Below are positions 30,601-39,879 of a DNA stretch of 64,000 bases, piece by piece. Where the stretch lies: IMG/VR virus record IMGVR_UViG_3300021400_003144; one strand, given 5' to 3'. The first letter of the stretch is position 1; each line of letters starts with the position of its first letter. Under the pieces are notes generated by a model. It searched no databases. It was not told the origin of the DNA and worked only from the letters and a program-made list of their open reading frames with translations. This stretch comes from a virus (taxonomy: Duplodnaviria; Caudoviricetes). Position numbers and translations under genes: made by a program.

Positions 30601-31350
30601 GTAGATGCAGGAATTACTGATGTAGCAATCAGTAAGATTGAAGTAAAGTTTAAGAGTAACTCTGGTATAAGTACTCCTTCAGAGATTGGTAAGAGTACAC
30701 CATCTGAAATTACTCATGACAATGATGATAAGAAGAGTACACCTTCTGAAATTCCTAGTAATAATGGAAAGGGAAATGGAAAAGGAAACGGAAGCAATAG
30801 TGGAAACACTGGAAATAATGATAACAATGGTGAAACAAGTGGTAATGAAAGTGGAGCTAATATCGGAAACAATAGTGAAACTGGTAATGTAGTTAATAAC
30901 ACTAATAAATCATCTAATAGCAGTAAAAAGAACAAAGATGATGAAGATAATAGGCCAGCTTATGATGGTGATTGGTTTACATTAGATGGAAAGCCTTTGA
31001 ATAAACCAGTATCTAAGGCTGGTGGTGCTAAGTTTAAGATATGGCAAACAAGTCTTTATGTTAAAGATGAAAAACGTATACTACCAGTACATGGCAGATA
31101 TGGAACTTATAGAACATACTTGTTTAACCATGAAGGTCAAATAGTTTATGGCTGGGCTAAGGACCCTAAGACTCATAAGTGGCATTACTTCAATGATGAG
31201 GGAGCTGAACTCTATGGATGGCAATTCATCAATGGAAAATGGTATTTCTTTAATGATGATATGAATGACATAAATCATGGAGATATGCTTAGCAACTGTA
31301 CTTATAAAGGATACAAGTTGGGTGAAGATGGAGCATTAATAGAGAATTAG
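27628..31350 (+). CDS. Secreted surface protein, paralog 3: degenerate DUF285-like N-terminus, shared C-terminal module, cell-wall-binding repeats
   Basis: Signal peptide MKLKKIALITLLMTLAGGCKSFA; IYLNADSSKMF...IDTQYVTDYTEMF; C-terminal module from ~29947 homologous to ORFs 1 and 3867. Confidence 0.88.
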   Translation: MKLKKIALITLLMTLAGGCKSFASDTFLPGPQVNILLQRCLPSTPGYSNYIPGDRVRRMERVNIVDTDFDPEHYVIFRYDSSQYGEFSVDESHANRDTLADGQKLSYIILVSSTNSNSTSEKNIWAYYDADGGGELYGQTTGSIKFFYGSQDDFGVKEPTNHDSDEYWNDYSKYMNTMSSSKNTIYLNADSSKMFKGLNLGYDADIDCVYADKLFRTSYNLDNGYYIDTQYVTDYTEMFFGCVSGDTPLDIDYNAFKYIRCTSTKKMFYYVKGVSTNVGSNFDNTINSNCDTTDMFYTSSYYNDMLSFSGLWYAPNHTNYTNMLYERAEDIRNLDLRFIAVDNYEKLLGHGMFLNLKEFAPPMFKLMSRQLVENIIRGVDTYTPDLSNYPEQYWDTRPAGRGDYIMWTVQGDDTHRLYDWKEVYAVYKEAYDSDKEITFEAVEMIEPIVKFNCSSTDDMDKLNGSELIINLNCKYGNFTITGTLNKDGSKLRLDASEKIPKSMYSISNISGLGDNYTINNLSNTALDYYNYYSTPVLTIKNLHKYNPKLSIDKDNTNDSYVITFGNLASGIKVIDKDNNETVPTGMKLEMYEGTGDIVGDGVTHSKYTENLKKVSETTLNSTTGELKFSVDWNTKDADARYYYLVIPSDQIGDYRLSLDHENSYYYVDGVGYIVPNAGDDKYITNNVEFGKHLITSNPDKNAYNSVWCIDKDEETAENIVFNIHGNAELQVTVDKTSNDASIVTSYNANNSDGVNLDTEGGITLFAKSIYDTGEAQVKISTEVPAGKYGIYDADKNLIKEVETDDNNIIKTVINVVKQLGETITYYIKQLDIFDDTLNVDDEFKEFEVVASPSELNPNEFTMVAKGLDEITFNNPLKQATPSELDKKDIEIEVDDVRKETVDLTDYKSDAAVTFNVLEYVNDNYEDEYFDRLLRTSGITSKYKYTFNNKKNLFIDLQENEDDNSLYDLSMYTDNNTKEIEFDIPESIQEELVDAGITDVAISKIEVKFKSNSGISTPSEIGKSTPSEITHDNDDKKSTPSEIPSNNGKGNGKGNGSNSGNTGNNDNNGETSGNESGANIGNNSETGNVVNNTNKSSNSSKKNKDDEDNRPAYDGDWFTLDGKPLNKPVSKAGGAKFKIWQTSLYVKDEKRILPVHGRYGTYRTYLFNHEGQIVYGWAKDPKTHKWHYFNDEGAELYGWQFINGKWYFFNDDMNDINHGDMLSNCTYKGYKLGEDGALIEN

Positions 31351-31369
31351 TACAGTAAAATAGTTCAGA

Positions 31370-31527
31370 GTAAAAAAAGAACCCTTTTATAGGGATTGAT
31401 TTGATAATGTATTATTCTTTCAGTTCACAAGGTCAGTAAGTGAACCCTTGCAATAGGGATTGAATGATTACAGCTTTTAAGTTATAATTTTCTTTATTCA
31501 AGAGAACCCTTCTAATAGGGATTGCAT
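31370..31527 (+). CRISPR. Degenerate orphan CRISPR-like mini-array (3 hairpin repeats, 2 spacers), no cas genes
   Basis: GAACCCTT-N2/3-ATAGGGATTG cores at 31379, 31442 and 31504 (period 63/62); CCCT/AGGG stem followed by ATTGA. Confidence 0.45.
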
Positions 31528-31612
31528 ACTATATTTAAAACAATATTGGTTTAAGGGTGACTTGTAAAAGGTACTCTTTATTTATATAAATTAAAATTAT
31601 TTTATAAATATA

Positions 31613-31641
31613 TTGAAATTTATATAAATTTGTGTTATAAT
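31613..31641 (+). promoter_or_regulatory. SigmaA-type extended -10 promoter
   Basis: TTGAAA-N17-TATAAT with TGn. Confidence 0.75.
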
Positions 31642-31664
31642 ATATTTATTGGAGGATTAAATTT

Positions 31665-32027
31665 ATGGTAGATAATAAGATACTTAAGACTTTTAAAGAT
31701 AACATTACAGAATATATAGATACCTTTATGTCATGTAACACGGCATTTATAAAGGTTGATAAAGACTTTGTAAAGAAGTATTTTGAAGAGGCTGGTAAGA
31801 AAGTTATCAATGAACATAATAAAGAGGACAACACTTATGTTTGTGGAGACCTACAGTTCTCATATGATAAGGATACAGAAGATGTAACTGAGGTACTTTT
31901 ATTTCCTACATACTATGATGATAACCTTGGTTATTATAATGGAGAGGATTTTATAGATTTAACAGACAAGTATAGTGAATATGGAGCTGAGGTATTAAAG
32001 GCAGCTAAAGCAAAAAGCTGGGATTAA
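31665..32027 (+). CDS. Hypothetical acidic protein
   Basis: GGAGG RBS. Confidence 0.8.
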   Translation: MVDNKILKTFKDNITEYIDTFMSCNTAFIKVDKDFVKKYFEEAGKKVINEHNKEDNTYVCGDLQFSYDKDTEDVTEVLLFPTYYDDNLGYYNGEDFIDLTDKYSEYGAEVLKAAKAKSWD

Positions 32028-32050
32028 GAAATTGAGGTAACAGTGAGGAT

Positions 32051-32251
32051 ATGGTGATGAATAATTTGTTGGCGACAGTTATATATTTTGTATATCTTAT
32101 TATATTGTTTATGATAGCTAGGATAGCAATAAGAATAACATTTAATGGTCACCTTAAAGCAGAAACTAAAAAAGATGTAATTAGCAGTATAGTTATTATG
32201 TACATCTTTTTAGGGTTTTTATTACCATTTATTATAGAAGGCTATTTATGA
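32051..32251 (+). CDS. Small two-TM membrane protein
   Basis: Two hydrophobic helices; GAGG RBS. Confidence 0.7.
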   Translation: MVMNNLLATVIYFVYLIILFMIARIAIRITFNGHLKAETKKDVISSIVIMYIFLGFLLPFIIEGYL

Positions 32252-32267
32252 TTGGAGGTAAACTAAA

Positions 32268-32429
32268 TTGGGATCCGAAGAAGCTATAGCAATGTTAGAT
32301 GGACTAGTATATGGAGCATGTGTAGTTATGTTCATGTACGGTATGTTTGGGTTAATGGACACAGAATTTTTTGAAGATAAAGACAAGAACAACAATAAAG
32401 ATAAAAAGGATAAATGGTGGGAAAAGTAA
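32268..32429 (+). CDS. Small single-TM protein (53 aa, not in ORF track)
   Basis: GGAGGT RBS, TTG start; MGSEEAIAMLDGLVYGACVVMFMYGMFGLM...WWEK*. Confidence 0.6.
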   Translation: MGSEEAIAMLDGLVYGACVVMFMYGMFGLMDTEFFEDKDKNNNKDKKDKWWEK

Positions 32430-32452
32430 GAGTTACAGACAGGAGGTTTAAT

Positions 32453-32998
32453 ATGAAACTGAACAAGCTGATGTTAGCAACTATGATAAGTATATGTACA
32501 TTTAGTGCAACTGCATTAGCAAGTAACAATTACATAGACTCAGATGGACTAAGTTACTTAACATACGAGATAATTCCAGGTACAGCTACTGTAAATAATT
32601 GCAATAGTATAGTAGCTAAGGCTAAAGTATACAAGCCAATAGAAATTCCTTTGACTGCTAAGTTGGGAGATAAGTTTACATTTAATGATAAGACATATGT
32701 AAAGACAAATAAACCTGATGGAATTGAGCTTGAGGGCTTTGGTGTTATAGGTTGGACATATCTAAAAGAGTCTCCTTTTAAAGATTGTTACTGGATTTAT
32801 GGTTTAGATGACCTTAGACAAGTTGAGTATGCAGGAGATACTGACATCATAATTGATATTAATGCACGTGATAAAGAGTTAGTAACCTGTAGTGACCATC
32901 AGATAAGTCTTAAAGAATTAAATAAAGGCAAGATGTATGATATGGTTTACTTTGATGAGTCAGGTAGAGCAGTAAATTTAATTAATAGTGCACCATAA
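32453..32998 (+). CDS. Secreted hypothetical protein
   Basis: AGGAGGT RBS before ATG 32453; signal peptide MKLNKLMLATMISICTFSATALA. Confidence 0.8.
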   Translation: MKLNKLMLATMISICTFSATALASNNYIDSDGLSYLTYEIIPGTATVNNCNSIVAKAKVYKPIEIPLTAKLGDKFTFNDKTYVKTNKPDGIELEGFGVIGWTYLKESPFKDCYWIYGLDDLRQVEYAGDTDIIIDINARDKELVTCSDHQISLKELNKGKMYDMVYFDESGRAVNLINSAP

Positions 32999-33150
32999 AG
33001 AAAATGGGAATTGAAGAGAACAAAGTTTATGATTTAAAATAAATGAAATATGAGTTGCAAAGTATTATCATCTAAATAAATATTTAGTCATATGGTATAA
33101 CATTAAGTTGTAATTATGTGTTATATTTAAAGGAGAGGATTTCGTAAAAT

Positions 33151-34023
33151 ATGGCTAATTTATTGGATAGAATGACTGAGGCTGATAGAGAAGCATATGG
33201 ACATTTGATAATGTCAGTAGATACTAATATTAGTATTAATAGCGTAATATTATCAGATGATAATAAAGAGAAACTTAATCAGTTCTTAGAGGAATATAGA
33301 TTCAGAGATAAACTTATGGGTTATGGTTTAAAGCCTATTAATAGACTTTTGTTCTATGGTGCATCTGGAACTGGAAAGACATTTTTGACAAAGGCTCTTA
33401 GTAATTATATGGGTAAAGACATGATATATGTAGATATAGCACAGAGCTTAAGCGAAGATACAGTAGCTAAGAATATATCGGACATATTTCATGTAGCACA
33501 TAAATATAAAAACTGCATTGTGTTCTTTGATGAGTGTGATAGCGTGGCATGGAGTAGAGATAGTAAGAACAGTGATGGTGGTACAATCAGAAGAGCTACT
33601 AACAGTATATTCCAGCAATTAGACCAGATGGACTATGATACAGTGTTTGTAGCATGTACGAATATGCTAAGGCGTCTGGACCCTGCATTTGAACGTAGAT
33701 TTGATATGAAGTTTGAGTTTAGGAGACCAGATAAGAAGTTAAGAGATGTATTTAAGAAATTCTTGTTTAAGGATTTTAGGCTGATAGAGGATGTTGGTGA
33801 AAAAGATGAACAAGTAGTTAAGAGCAGGTCTACACTTTCATACTATGAGTATCAAATTATAACAGAGAGAAATATGAAGAAGGCTGTTATACATGGAACT
33901 ACTGATGTAAGATTGTCAGATATATTAACAGATGTATCAATTCAGATAGGCAGTAAAAGAAGATTTGGTACAGATAAGGATGATGCTAATACATTTGAAA
34001 GCAGCATAGGTAAGGAAGATTAA
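33151..34023 (+). CDS. AAA-family ATPase
   Basis: GASGTGKT, FFDECD, ACTN...LDPAFERRFD. Confidence 0.9.
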   Translation: MANLLDRMTEADREAYGHLIMSVDTNISINSVILSDDNKEKLNQFLEEYRFRDKLMGYGLKPINRLLFYGASGTGKTFLTKALSNYMGKDMIYVDIAQSLSEDTVAKNISDIFHVAHKYKNCIVFFDECDSVAWSRDSKNSDGGTIRRATNSIFQQLDQMDYDTVFVACTNMLRRLDPAFERRFDMKFEFRRPDKKLRDVFKKFLFKDFRLIEDVGEKDEQVVKSRSTLSYYEYQIITERNMKKAVIHGTTDVRLSDILTDVSIQIGSKRRFGTDKDDANTFESSIGKED

Positions 34024-34037
34024 ATCAGAAAGGATTT

Positions 34038-35402
34038 ATGAGTAAGCATATGATGAAAAAGGGTTTACATAGGGGTTTGATTATAGTATCTGCTATGACT
34101 ATGATGAGTACACCAGTATTTGCAGCTATAAATTATGATGTTGATATAAATGAGAGCGTTGTAGCAGATGAAACAGTAAGTGAGACATCAGAAAGTACAG
34201 AGGCATCAGAGAGTGAGACAACTGAGAGCAACTTTGTAGATGAAAATGGCAATGTTGTTGAAATTAATCAGACTGATGGAACAGAGTCAGAGTCAGCTGG
34301 ATATATGAGTGATGCTAATATATTAGATGATGCACAGAAAGCTGAAATTGATAGACTTATACAGGAAAGAGCTGAGACAGATGGATTTAAGGGTTCAGTT
34401 CCTGTAAATAAATATAAACCAGTGCTGATGCTTGGAGCTGACCTTTCAGATGCTGAGAGACAAAAGGTTTTGGAGTTATTTGGTTTAAGTAATACAAATG
34501 ACATTGAAACAATAGAGCTGTATCATGAAGATGAAGTTAATATTCTTTCAGGAATAATTGATGAAGCACAGCTAGGAGCCAAAGCTGTAAGTAGTGTTTA
34601 TATAACTCCATTACCAAGTGGTTCTGGTATAAGTGTTGGTACAGTTAATATTGATTATGTAACAAATGAAACAATATATAATATTCTTATAACAGCAGGT
34701 GCAAGGGATGTTGAAGTTAAGATAGTAGCTCCTTATAAAGTAAGTGGTACAGCTGCTATGGTTGGTGTTCTTAGAGCTTATGCAGCTATGTCTGATACTG
34801 AACTTGGTGATGAGATTGTAGGATTGGCAATGAAACAATCAGCTCTGTTAGATACACTTGGAAAGAAGTATGGAGCTGAAGAGATAGAAAAGATATTCAG
34901 TGGAATAAGAGAAAAAGCATTAGATTCATCTAACACAAATGTGAACTCATTAAAAGAGATTATTAGAACACTTGGTTTAATACATAATGTAGAGTTTACA
35001 GAAGATGAGCTTAACAAACTGGCTGATTTGGTAGCTACACTGACACAGTTAAGTATTGATAGAGCTAATGCTAATAACAGTGAAGCTAAGTATATAGTTG
35101 AAAAAGACTTTAAGTCTGAAGTAGATTACTTAAGTGATGTTGCATGTACTAAATCATTGAATTGGTTATTTAATGATTCAATGGAATTACCAGAGAAGAA
35201 AGAAGCTAAGCAGGTAAAGGTTGATAATGTGTTTGATGGTATAGAAACTAGTACAGGAGAAGCTAAGAAAGCTCCAGTAGATAGTAATGAGCAAGCTAAA
35301 GCTGAGATACTTAAGAAGTTAACTGAAGAAACAGCTGAGAGTGTTGAGGAAACAGTTGAGGGTGCAGGAGAGACAACTGAGAGCACTGAAAGTGCAGGTT
35401 AA
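34038..35402 (+). CDS. Secreted DUF1002 (YpuA-like) protein
   Basis: Signal peptide; LGADLS...SSVYI...NILITAG...APYKVSGTAAMVGV. Confidence 0.85.
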   Translation: MSKHMMKKGLHRGLIIVSAMTMMSTPVFAAINYDVDINESVVADETVSETSESTEASESETTESNFVDENGNVVEINQTDGTESESAGYMSDANILDDAQKAEIDRLIQERAETDGFKGSVPVNKYKPVLMLGADLSDAERQKVLELFGLSNTNDIETIELYHEDEVNILSGIIDEAQLGAKAVSSVYITPLPSGSGISVGTVNIDYVTNETIYNILITAGARDVEVKIVAPYKVSGTAAMVGVLRAYAAMSDTELGDEIVGLAMKQSALLDTLGKKYGAEEIEKIFSGIREKALDSSNTNVNSLKEIIRTLGLIHNVEFTEDELNKLADLVATLTQLSIDRANANNSEAKYIVEKDFKSEVDYLSDVACTKSLNWLFNDSMELPEKKEAKQVKVDNVFDGIETSTGEAKKAPVDSNEQAKAEILKKLTEETAESVEETVEGAGETTESTESAG

Positions 35403-35434
35403 AGTAGGTTAAGCTAAATCCACACATATATAAT

Positions 35435-35474
35435 AAAGAGCTAGATTGCATATTTGATGTAATCTAGCTCTTTT
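35435..35474 (+). terminator. Intrinsic terminator
   Basis: aaagagctagattgca...tgtaatctagctctttt. Confidence 0.8.
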
Positions 35475-35506
35475 GTTTATAAATGGAATTTTGAGTCATA
35501 AAACTA

Positions 35507-35535
35507 TTGATTTTTATAAATAATTGTGATATAAT
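35507..35535 (+). promoter_or_regulatory. SigmaA-type extended -10 promoter
   Basis: TTGATT-N17-TATAAT with TGn. Confidence 0.75.
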
Positions 35536-35570
35536 ATAAATTATAATTGTAAAGATTAGTGAGGGTTATT

Positions 35571-36716
35571 ATGAAAGATAGTTTTGCATTGGAGCTATGT
35601 AATAAATACAATCTATCTTATAGAGCTGTAAAGAACTTCCTTAATAAGCATAAAGGACTCAGTAAGGATGAAGTTATATCTCATTATGAAAAGTATACTG
35701 AAACTAAAGAATATTTAAAGACATATGAAGATGAAATAGACTATGTATGTAAAGAATATGGCTTCACAAGGAATTATGTACTAGAGGTATTAAGAGAAAA
35801 TCCATCTAAGTTAAGGCATAGCTGGCAATTTGACATATATTTTAGTCAAGCAGCTGAACATAGAAGGTTAGTAAAGAAGTTTAAAGAGCTAGGTATAAAT
35901 AGAAATACATATAGAAGATATCTGAAGAAATATCCTGATTTAACTTTAGAGAATTTAGATGATGCTGTTAAAGATATTAGAAGTCAGGAAGAAGCTGATA
36001 AAAATGATAAAGAGTACTTTATATCTGAATGTAAAGCAAATGGATTTAAGATTAAAACCGTTATGGAGTTTAAAAGAAAAAATAATATAGAATACTATTA
36101 TGATGCTATCAGTGAATATAAAAAGTACTTAGATAAGAAAAAGAATGAGCAGCTATGTACCAAGCTTGAAGCAGTAGGTATCAGTTATGCTAGATATAAT
36201 AAAGCAGCTAAGGATAATCCAGATAAATCATTTGAAGAGCTAATAGTACTTATAAAAGAAAAAGATGCAGAAGTTTCATTTAGAAAATACTGTATAGATA
36301 ATGGGTATAAGAATGAGTATAACAGAATAAAATCTTGGTTGGTTGATAAGCATGAAGAGTTCAAGGATAAGACATATGGTGATATAATAAGTGCTTACTT
36401 AAATAGAAAAGATAAGCTTACTAGATATAAAGAATACAGAGAGTTGGCAGGTAAGATTGGAGTTAGTGTAAGTACACTAAGAATTTTTATAAATAATTAT
36501 AAGTTTAATGAAACAGATATAGAAGAGATTGAATCTGCTTATATTTATTATAAACATAATAAAGAAGAACTTAAGACTTTGTGTAAAGACTATGGAGTTA
36601 GTTATAATAAGGCTAAGAGAATAAGAGATGCTAATGGAGATATGAGCAACATAGATGTAATAAGTGTACTTACTGGATTGGATAATAACATACAGGGTGA
36701 GTTGGTATCATTATAG
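35571..36716 (+). CDS. Basic protein built of tandem HTH-like helical repeats
   Basis: Recurring LCxxYxxSY / ELGINRNTY / IGVSVSTL units. Confidence 0.65.
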   Translation: MKDSFALELCNKYNLSYRAVKNFLNKHKGLSKDEVISHYEKYTETKEYLKTYEDEIDYVCKEYGFTRNYVLEVLRENPSKLRHSWQFDIYFSQAAEHRRLVKKFKELGINRNTYRRYLKKYPDLTLENLDDAVKDIRSQEEADKNDKEYFISECKANGFKIKTVMEFKRKNNIEYYYDAISEYKKYLDKKKNEQLCTKLEAVGISYARYNKAAKDNPDKSFEELIVLIKEKDAEVSFRKYCIDNGYKNEYNRIKSWLVDKHEEFKDKTYGDIISAYLNRKDKLTRYKEYRELAGKIGVSVSTLRIFINNYKFNETDIEEIESAYIYYKHNKEELKTLCKDYGVSYNKAKRIRDANGDMSNIDVISVLTGLDNNIQGELVSL

Positions 36717-36730
36717 GTTGGAGGTTTGGC

Positions 36731-38764
36731 ATGAATAATTATGAGATAAGAGAAAAGTGGCAAAATAATACTCTAAGAGATATGAAGGATAGTCTTAATA
36801 GATATGGTAAGTATGTAATGCTTAGACCTACTGGTTTTGGAAAGACATATATGAGTGCTATGGCGACCAATATAAGAGGAATAAAGTCTAAGAAGGTTAT
36901 ATTTGTTTATGTGTCTGAAATATTAAGATTGACATTTGATAAGTATACAAAATCTTATATTGGTGAAGATGGAGTTATGCATGAACCTATAATATCAAAT
37001 GGAGAGGGCAGAATTAAGTATGAGACTTATAATTCTGTAGCTTTACATTGGCAGGATGATACATATCTGAGCGAATTGTTTAATGGTGTTGGACTCATAA
37101 TATTTGATGAAGTTCAGAGAATGGGAGCAGTTAATACTATTAAAGGTATTGATAATGCAATGAAGTTTATAAAAGAGCATAATATAAAGTATATAGGTGC
37201 AAGTGCTACTCCTGAAAGGTCTACTGGTATAGATGTTTGTTCTAAGTATTTTACGTCTAGAGATAATAATGGAAATACAGTATACTGCTGGGGTGAACAC
37301 ATATATACATTAAGTAATGCATTTGAATATGGGTTACTACAGATGCCATTGTATAAGTACATTGAGGAAAATAAGAGTAAACTTACAATGTTAAGACATA
37401 CAAGGGCTAGTATGCTGAATGAACTTAAGATAAGTGGTGAGAATAATAAAGAAGAAGTTATAAAAGATATAAAGGAACTTGAAAGAGCAGTTATAAAAGA
37501 TTGTGACAAGAAGTTATTAGATGGTATTTATGAGTTAGTAGGTGAAGAAAATCCTTATATACAGTGTGAAACAACTAAAGAACTTCCTAAGAAGTTAAAT
37601 AAGCCAAGTAAGTTTCCTAATTACATGAGATTTCTTATATTTGCTCCTGATAGACTAAGTTTGTCAATGAATAGACAGAGTGAAGATAAGGTATTTGGTG
37701 GAATAATAAAGGAAACATTGAAAGATTTCAAGAGTGCATTTAAGAGATATGGATATAAAATAAGGTTTATAGTAGTATCTTCTAATTCTAAGGAAGAGTC
37801 AGATAGTGTTAAGTTAATAGACCCTACAAATGATTTAATAAAAGTGGGTAGTAAGATTATACATATTAATTCTGATGAAGATACAGTTATTAAGGAAGAG
37901 CCAATGACAATAGACCTTATATTTAGTATCAACATGCTAAATGTAGGATATCATGTAAATAATATTACAGGCATTATACTTAAAAGATGGACAGGTAGTA
38001 ATCAGATTTATTATCAGCAAATAGGAAGATGTTTATCTAGTGTAAGCTCAAATAGAGCTATAATATTTGATTTTGTAAACAGCGTGGATAGCAGAGGCAT
38101 AATGTCTCCGATGTTTAATACCTATGAGGAAAATAAGGATAAAACAGTTAATGCTGATGGAACTTCTAATATAGAGTATCATGACATACAGAGAAAGAGT
38201 AAGAACATAATTAAAAATAGATACGCTGTAGATGCAAATGGAGATATAGTGGATCCATACAACTGTAATGTATTAGAGGCTAAATATATAAAATGTAGCT
38301 TAACTAATGCAGATTTGGATTTCTTAGTCAGCAGAGTTAAAGTATATGAGCAGAGAGAATTTTCTAAGAAGCTATTTGAGAGAGCATATAATCATTACAA
38401 GTCAGGATTTAATAAAAAAGCATCAGAGAGTATAAGTTTGAATAGTTCTTTGATTAAGGCTATTAGAGAGACAAATAGAATAAATGAATACAGAGATAAA
38501 GAAGTTACTATTAATTTTAAGGATTATCTGTTATGGTGTATGAATAATCATAAAGACTTAATGATGGATGCTAAATTATTAAATGGATATCTTATAGGAA
38601 TGGAACATAGTATACATTTTAAGGGAGCTGAGAATAGTATTTTAGCAGCTTGTGAAGGTGGGTGCAAGTTACATATTAAAGGAGACATTAAGGAATGTAC
38701 TAAAGACAGTATAGAAAAAAGACTTAACAGCAAAGGTATAAGTAACATAGTATTTGTTGATTAA
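36731..38764 (+). CDS. Superfamily 2 (ResIII/DExD-like) helicase
   Basis: RPTGFGKT, FDEVQR, SAT, MLNVGYH, QQIGR. Confidence 0.88.
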   Translation: MNNYEIREKWQNNTLRDMKDSLNRYGKYVMLRPTGFGKTYMSAMATNIRGIKSKKVIFVYVSEILRLTFDKYTKSYIGEDGVMHEPIISNGEGRIKYETYNSVALHWQDDTYLSELFNGVGLIIFDEVQRMGAVNTIKGIDNAMKFIKEHNIKYIGASATPERSTGIDVCSKYFTSRDNNGNTVYCWGEHIYTLSNAFEYGLLQMPLYKYIEENKSKLTMLRHTRASMLNELKISGENNKEEVIKDIKELERAVIKDCDKKLLDGIYELVGEENPYIQCETTKELPKKLNKPSKFPNYMRFLIFAPDRLSLSMNRQSEDKVFGGIIKETLKDFKSAFKRYGYKIRFIVVSSNSKEESDSVKLIDPTNDLIKVGSKIIHINSDEDTVIKEEPMTIDLIFSINMLNVGYHVNNITGIILKRWTGSNQIYYQQIGRCLSSVSSNRAIIFDFVNSVDSRGIMSPMFNTYEENKDKTVNADGTSNIEYHDIQRKSKNIIKNRYAVDANGDIVDPYNCNVLEAKYIKCSLTNADLDFLVSRVKVYEQREFSKKLFERAYNHYKSGFNKKASESISLNSSLIKAIRETNRINEYRDKEVTINFKDYLLWCMNNHKDLMMDAKLLNGYLIGMEHSIHFKGAENSILAACEGGCKLHIKGDIKECTKDSIEKRLNSKGISNIVFVD

Positions 38765-38805
38765 TGTTAAAGGTTATAAGTTAGAGTATTTTTAGTTAAA
38801 AACTA

Positions 38806-38834
38806 TTGATTTTACATGAGTAATGTGTTATAAT
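38806..38834 (+). promoter_or_regulatory. SigmaA-type extended -10 promoter
   Basis: TTGATT-N17-TATAAT with TGn. Confidence 0.75.
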
Positions 38835-38861
38835 AAATAAAAGTTAAAGGGTGGTGTTATT

Positions 38862-39227
38862 ATGAAATTGGCAATATACTTGAATGATTTGGCTTATGAT
38901 GAAGTTGTAAATAACAGTGGTGATTCTGAAATAGAACAGGCTATTAAAAATGGTACTGAGATTGAAAATCATGGAACCAATATGATTTCTTGGATACCTA
39001 TTGATGAAAATATGGATATACCTAAGAATAAAATATTACTAGCTACAGTAAGAACTGGAGGCATCAAGAATATAAGATTGATTTATCTGAATGATGCAGG
39101 ATGTTTTGTAGATAGGGCTACTAATAGAGATTTGGTACTGACAGGTACAGAAGTGTTGGCGTGGTTCCCAGTCATGACTGAATATGAGGAAGATGAAGGA
39201 GCTGATGAAGATAAGGGAGATAAGTAA
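38862..39227 (+). CDS. Phage-type hypothetical protein (DUF551-like C-terminus)
   Basis: WIPI...P...LATV...VLAWFP pattern. Confidence 0.65.
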   Translation: MKLAIYLNDLAYDEVVNNSGDSEIEQAIKNGTEIENHGTNMISWIPIDENMDIPKNKILLATVRTGGIKNIRLIYLNDAGCFVDRATNRDLVLTGTEVLAWFPVMTEYEEDEGADEDKGDK

Positions 39228-39229
39228 AT

Positions 39230-39421
39230 ATGAGCATAAAAGCTGTAGTAAGCTATTTTCCATCCAGTAATAAGATATTTAATATCTATAATAGCATTGA
39301 AGAGGCTAGAAAAGATGTTAAGTTATTAAATCTATTCAGTATGGGTGGAGAAAAGCTTCAGGTTGGTGAAGCAGAGCTTAGTGAGGATGAATACAGAAGT
39401 TTAACTGAGGAAGATGAGTAG
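39230..39421 (+). CDS. Small hypothetical protein
   Basis: Operon member. Confidence 0.7.
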   Translation: MSIKAVVSYFPSSNKIFNIYNSIEEARKDVKLLNLFSMGGEKLQVGEAELSEDEYRSLTEEDE

Positions 39422-39429
39422 GAGGAATT

Positions 39430-39813
39430 ATGGATCAGGATGAACTTATTGAACTTTGGACAAAGGCATGTACATTCAGCACAAAACCTAACATAAAAAG
39501 ATATGAAGCTGAGCATGTTTTTGATGAAAATAAGTCAGTCAAATGGAATAGAGAAGAAGTTGAACGGATTAATAAGATGTATGACGAAAAGGCTCAAGAG
39601 CTTAAGGAAGAGAAACAAGCTATTTCAGCTAAGGCTCATGATGAAACCATCAAGTACATACAGGAGTGCCTTGATAATCCTAGTGAAGAGAAAGCTGAAC
39701 TTCTATGGAGCTTCATATACAGAGAGTGGCATTCATGCATGAGTGATTGTATCTACTATATTTCTGATATGACAGAGCTAATAAATAGTATAGACAAATT
39801 AAATAAAGAATGA
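39430..39813 (+). CDS. Hypothetical protein
   Basis: GGAGGA RBS. Confidence 0.8.
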   Translation: MDQDELIELWTKACTFSTKPNIKRYEAEHVFDENKSVKWNREEVERINKMYDEKAQELKEEKQAISAKAHDETIKYIQECLDNPSEEKAELLWSFIYREWHSCMSDCIYYISDMTELINSIDKLNKE

Positions 39814-39815
39814 GC

Positions 39816-39858
39816 ATAAGGTGATTAGGATTAAAGCTTAATCACCTTATTTTTTTTT
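39816..39858 (+). terminator. Intrinsic terminator
   Basis: ataaggtgattag...ttaatcaccttattttttt. Confidence 0.85.
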
Positions 39859-39879
39859 GTGAAAAATAGTTAAAAAGTA

